Below, piece by piece: positions 63,111-64,000 of a stretch of DNA of 64,000 bases. The stretch spans positions 398 to 64,397 of the forward strand of contig CAXFCR010000001.1 of the NCBI GenBank assembly GCA_964001325.1, in the 5' to 3' direction. Both the position numbers and the translations under genes were made by a program. The stretch's first letter is position 1, and each line of letters opens with the position of its first letter. This DNA comes from an uncultured Gammaproteobacteria bacterium (GTDB lineage: Bacteria; Pseudomonadota; Gammaproteobacteria; Enterobacterales; UBA3532). The notes below the pieces were generated by a model, which did not search any database, was not told where the DNA came from, and saw only the letters and a program-made list of their open reading frames with translations.

Positions 63111-64000
63111 AGAGCCTGAACTGATTTGGCACAACGGTAAGTTGATCCCATGGGGGGATGCCAAGGTACATGTGTTAACCCATGCTATTCATTATGGTTC
63201 ATCGGTATTTGAAGGTATTCGTGCCTATCATACACCTAAGGGCACGGCGATATTTCGTCTTGACGAGCACGTTCAGCGCTTGTTTGATTCTGGACGTGTA
63301 TATCGCATGGCAATTCCTTTTGATAAAGATACGTTAATGCAGGCATGTCGTGATGTTGTACGTGAAAACGGTTTGGACAGTGCCTACTTACGCCCCGTTG
63401 CCTTCTTTGGATATGGCGGCCTTGGATTATTGCCAAAGGATACTACGCCGGTTGAAGTCTCTATAGCAGCCTTTGAGTGGGGGGCTTATCTCGGTGATGA
63501 TAGTTTGGAAAATGGTGTTGATGTTGGCGTCACCTCTTGGAACCGCCTGGCTCCTAATACTATCCCTACCGGAGCGAAAGCTGGTGGAAACTATCTATCG
63601 TCCATCCTTATTGCTGGCGAAGCGCGCCGTCATGGCTACACCGAAGGCATTGCGCTGGATCACAACAATCAGGTCAGTGAAGGGGCTGGTGAGAATATAT
63701 TTATCGTCAAAAATGGAGTGATCTACACGCCACCTACCAGCAGCTGTTTGTTGCCAGGTATTACGCGAAACACATTAATGACGCTGGCGAAGGATCTGGG
63801 ATACGAGGTTGTAGAGCAAAACATTCAGCGCGAGGCCATGTATCTGGCTGATGAGATGTTTATGTGCGGCACGGCTGCAGAACTGGTGCCTGTTCGTTCG
63901 GTTGATGCAATAAAAGTGGGTACTGGCACTCGTGGTGATATTACTGGCCAGATCCAAAAAGCTTTCTTCGGCCTTTTTAACGGCACGACCGAAGATAAGT
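63100..64000 (+). CDS. ilvE: Branched-chain amino acid aminotransferase, 3' end beyond the window (not in the ORF track)
   Basis: Manual translation gives [43 protein letters not shown]...AGGNYLSS...EGAGENIF...GITR, open to the window edge. Confidence 0.93.
   Translation, partial: [300 protein letters not shown]

Overview
This window looks like gammaproteobacterial chromosome, mostly core genes with Pseudomonas/Oceanospirillales-like synteny. GC content looks moderate by eye and was not computed.

Gene order, left to right:
- ThrE/YjjB-type exporter pair, mdh, and mrcA divergent from pilMNOPQ.
- aroK-aroB, an AAA+SPOR protein, gltBD, hemE, coaD, yfhL, and mutM.
- A HyuA-like gene broken by one in-frame TGA, then an EAL-HDOD protein.
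- rpmBG, and radC divergent from coaBC-dut-algC, followed by a csp gene.
- An accessory block at about 32-47 kb.
- folM, an HPPK-like gene, folE, a TraB/GumN gene, and rpsO-pnp.
- panCB-folK-pcnB-gluQ-dksA-sfsA and a Rieske protein.
- A leader-peptide attenuator in front of ilvG-ilvM-cimA-ilvE, with ilvE running off the window end.

The accessory block contains:
- A complete group-3b-type (sulfhydrogenase-like, beta-gamma-delta-alpha order) NiFe hydrogenase operon with its endopeptidase.
- A divergent hypCABDFE maturation set.
- A PKD-like gene and an IDI-like gene.
- A three-gene nitric-oxide module, glbN followed by a 2Fe-2S/FNR reductase and nsrR.

I saw no rRNA, tRNA, CRISPR array, transposase, integrase or recognisable defence system.

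Most interesting observations:
1. The truncated-haemoglobin + dedicated reductase + NsrR operon, which resembles a split flavohaemoglobin.
2. The self-contained 3b hydrogenase island, including an untracked 52-codon His-rich signal-peptide ORF at its end.
3. pcnB has no canonical start codon for its conserved N-terminal 200 codons, so an SD-preceded ATT start is likely, as in E. coli.
4. A single in-frame TGA splits the hydantoinase-family gene.
5. algC is fused to a roughly 410-aa two-TM sensor-like N-terminal module.
6. The ilv attenuator controls an operon that carries citramalate synthase.
7. In-frame or intergenic 18-22 bp tandem duplications recur at six or more loci. These include a (LDGKKG)x5 tail on IlvG and a (YQQTDG)x3 tail on YfgJ.

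All functional calls come from reading motifs and remembered family signatures. No database search was run.
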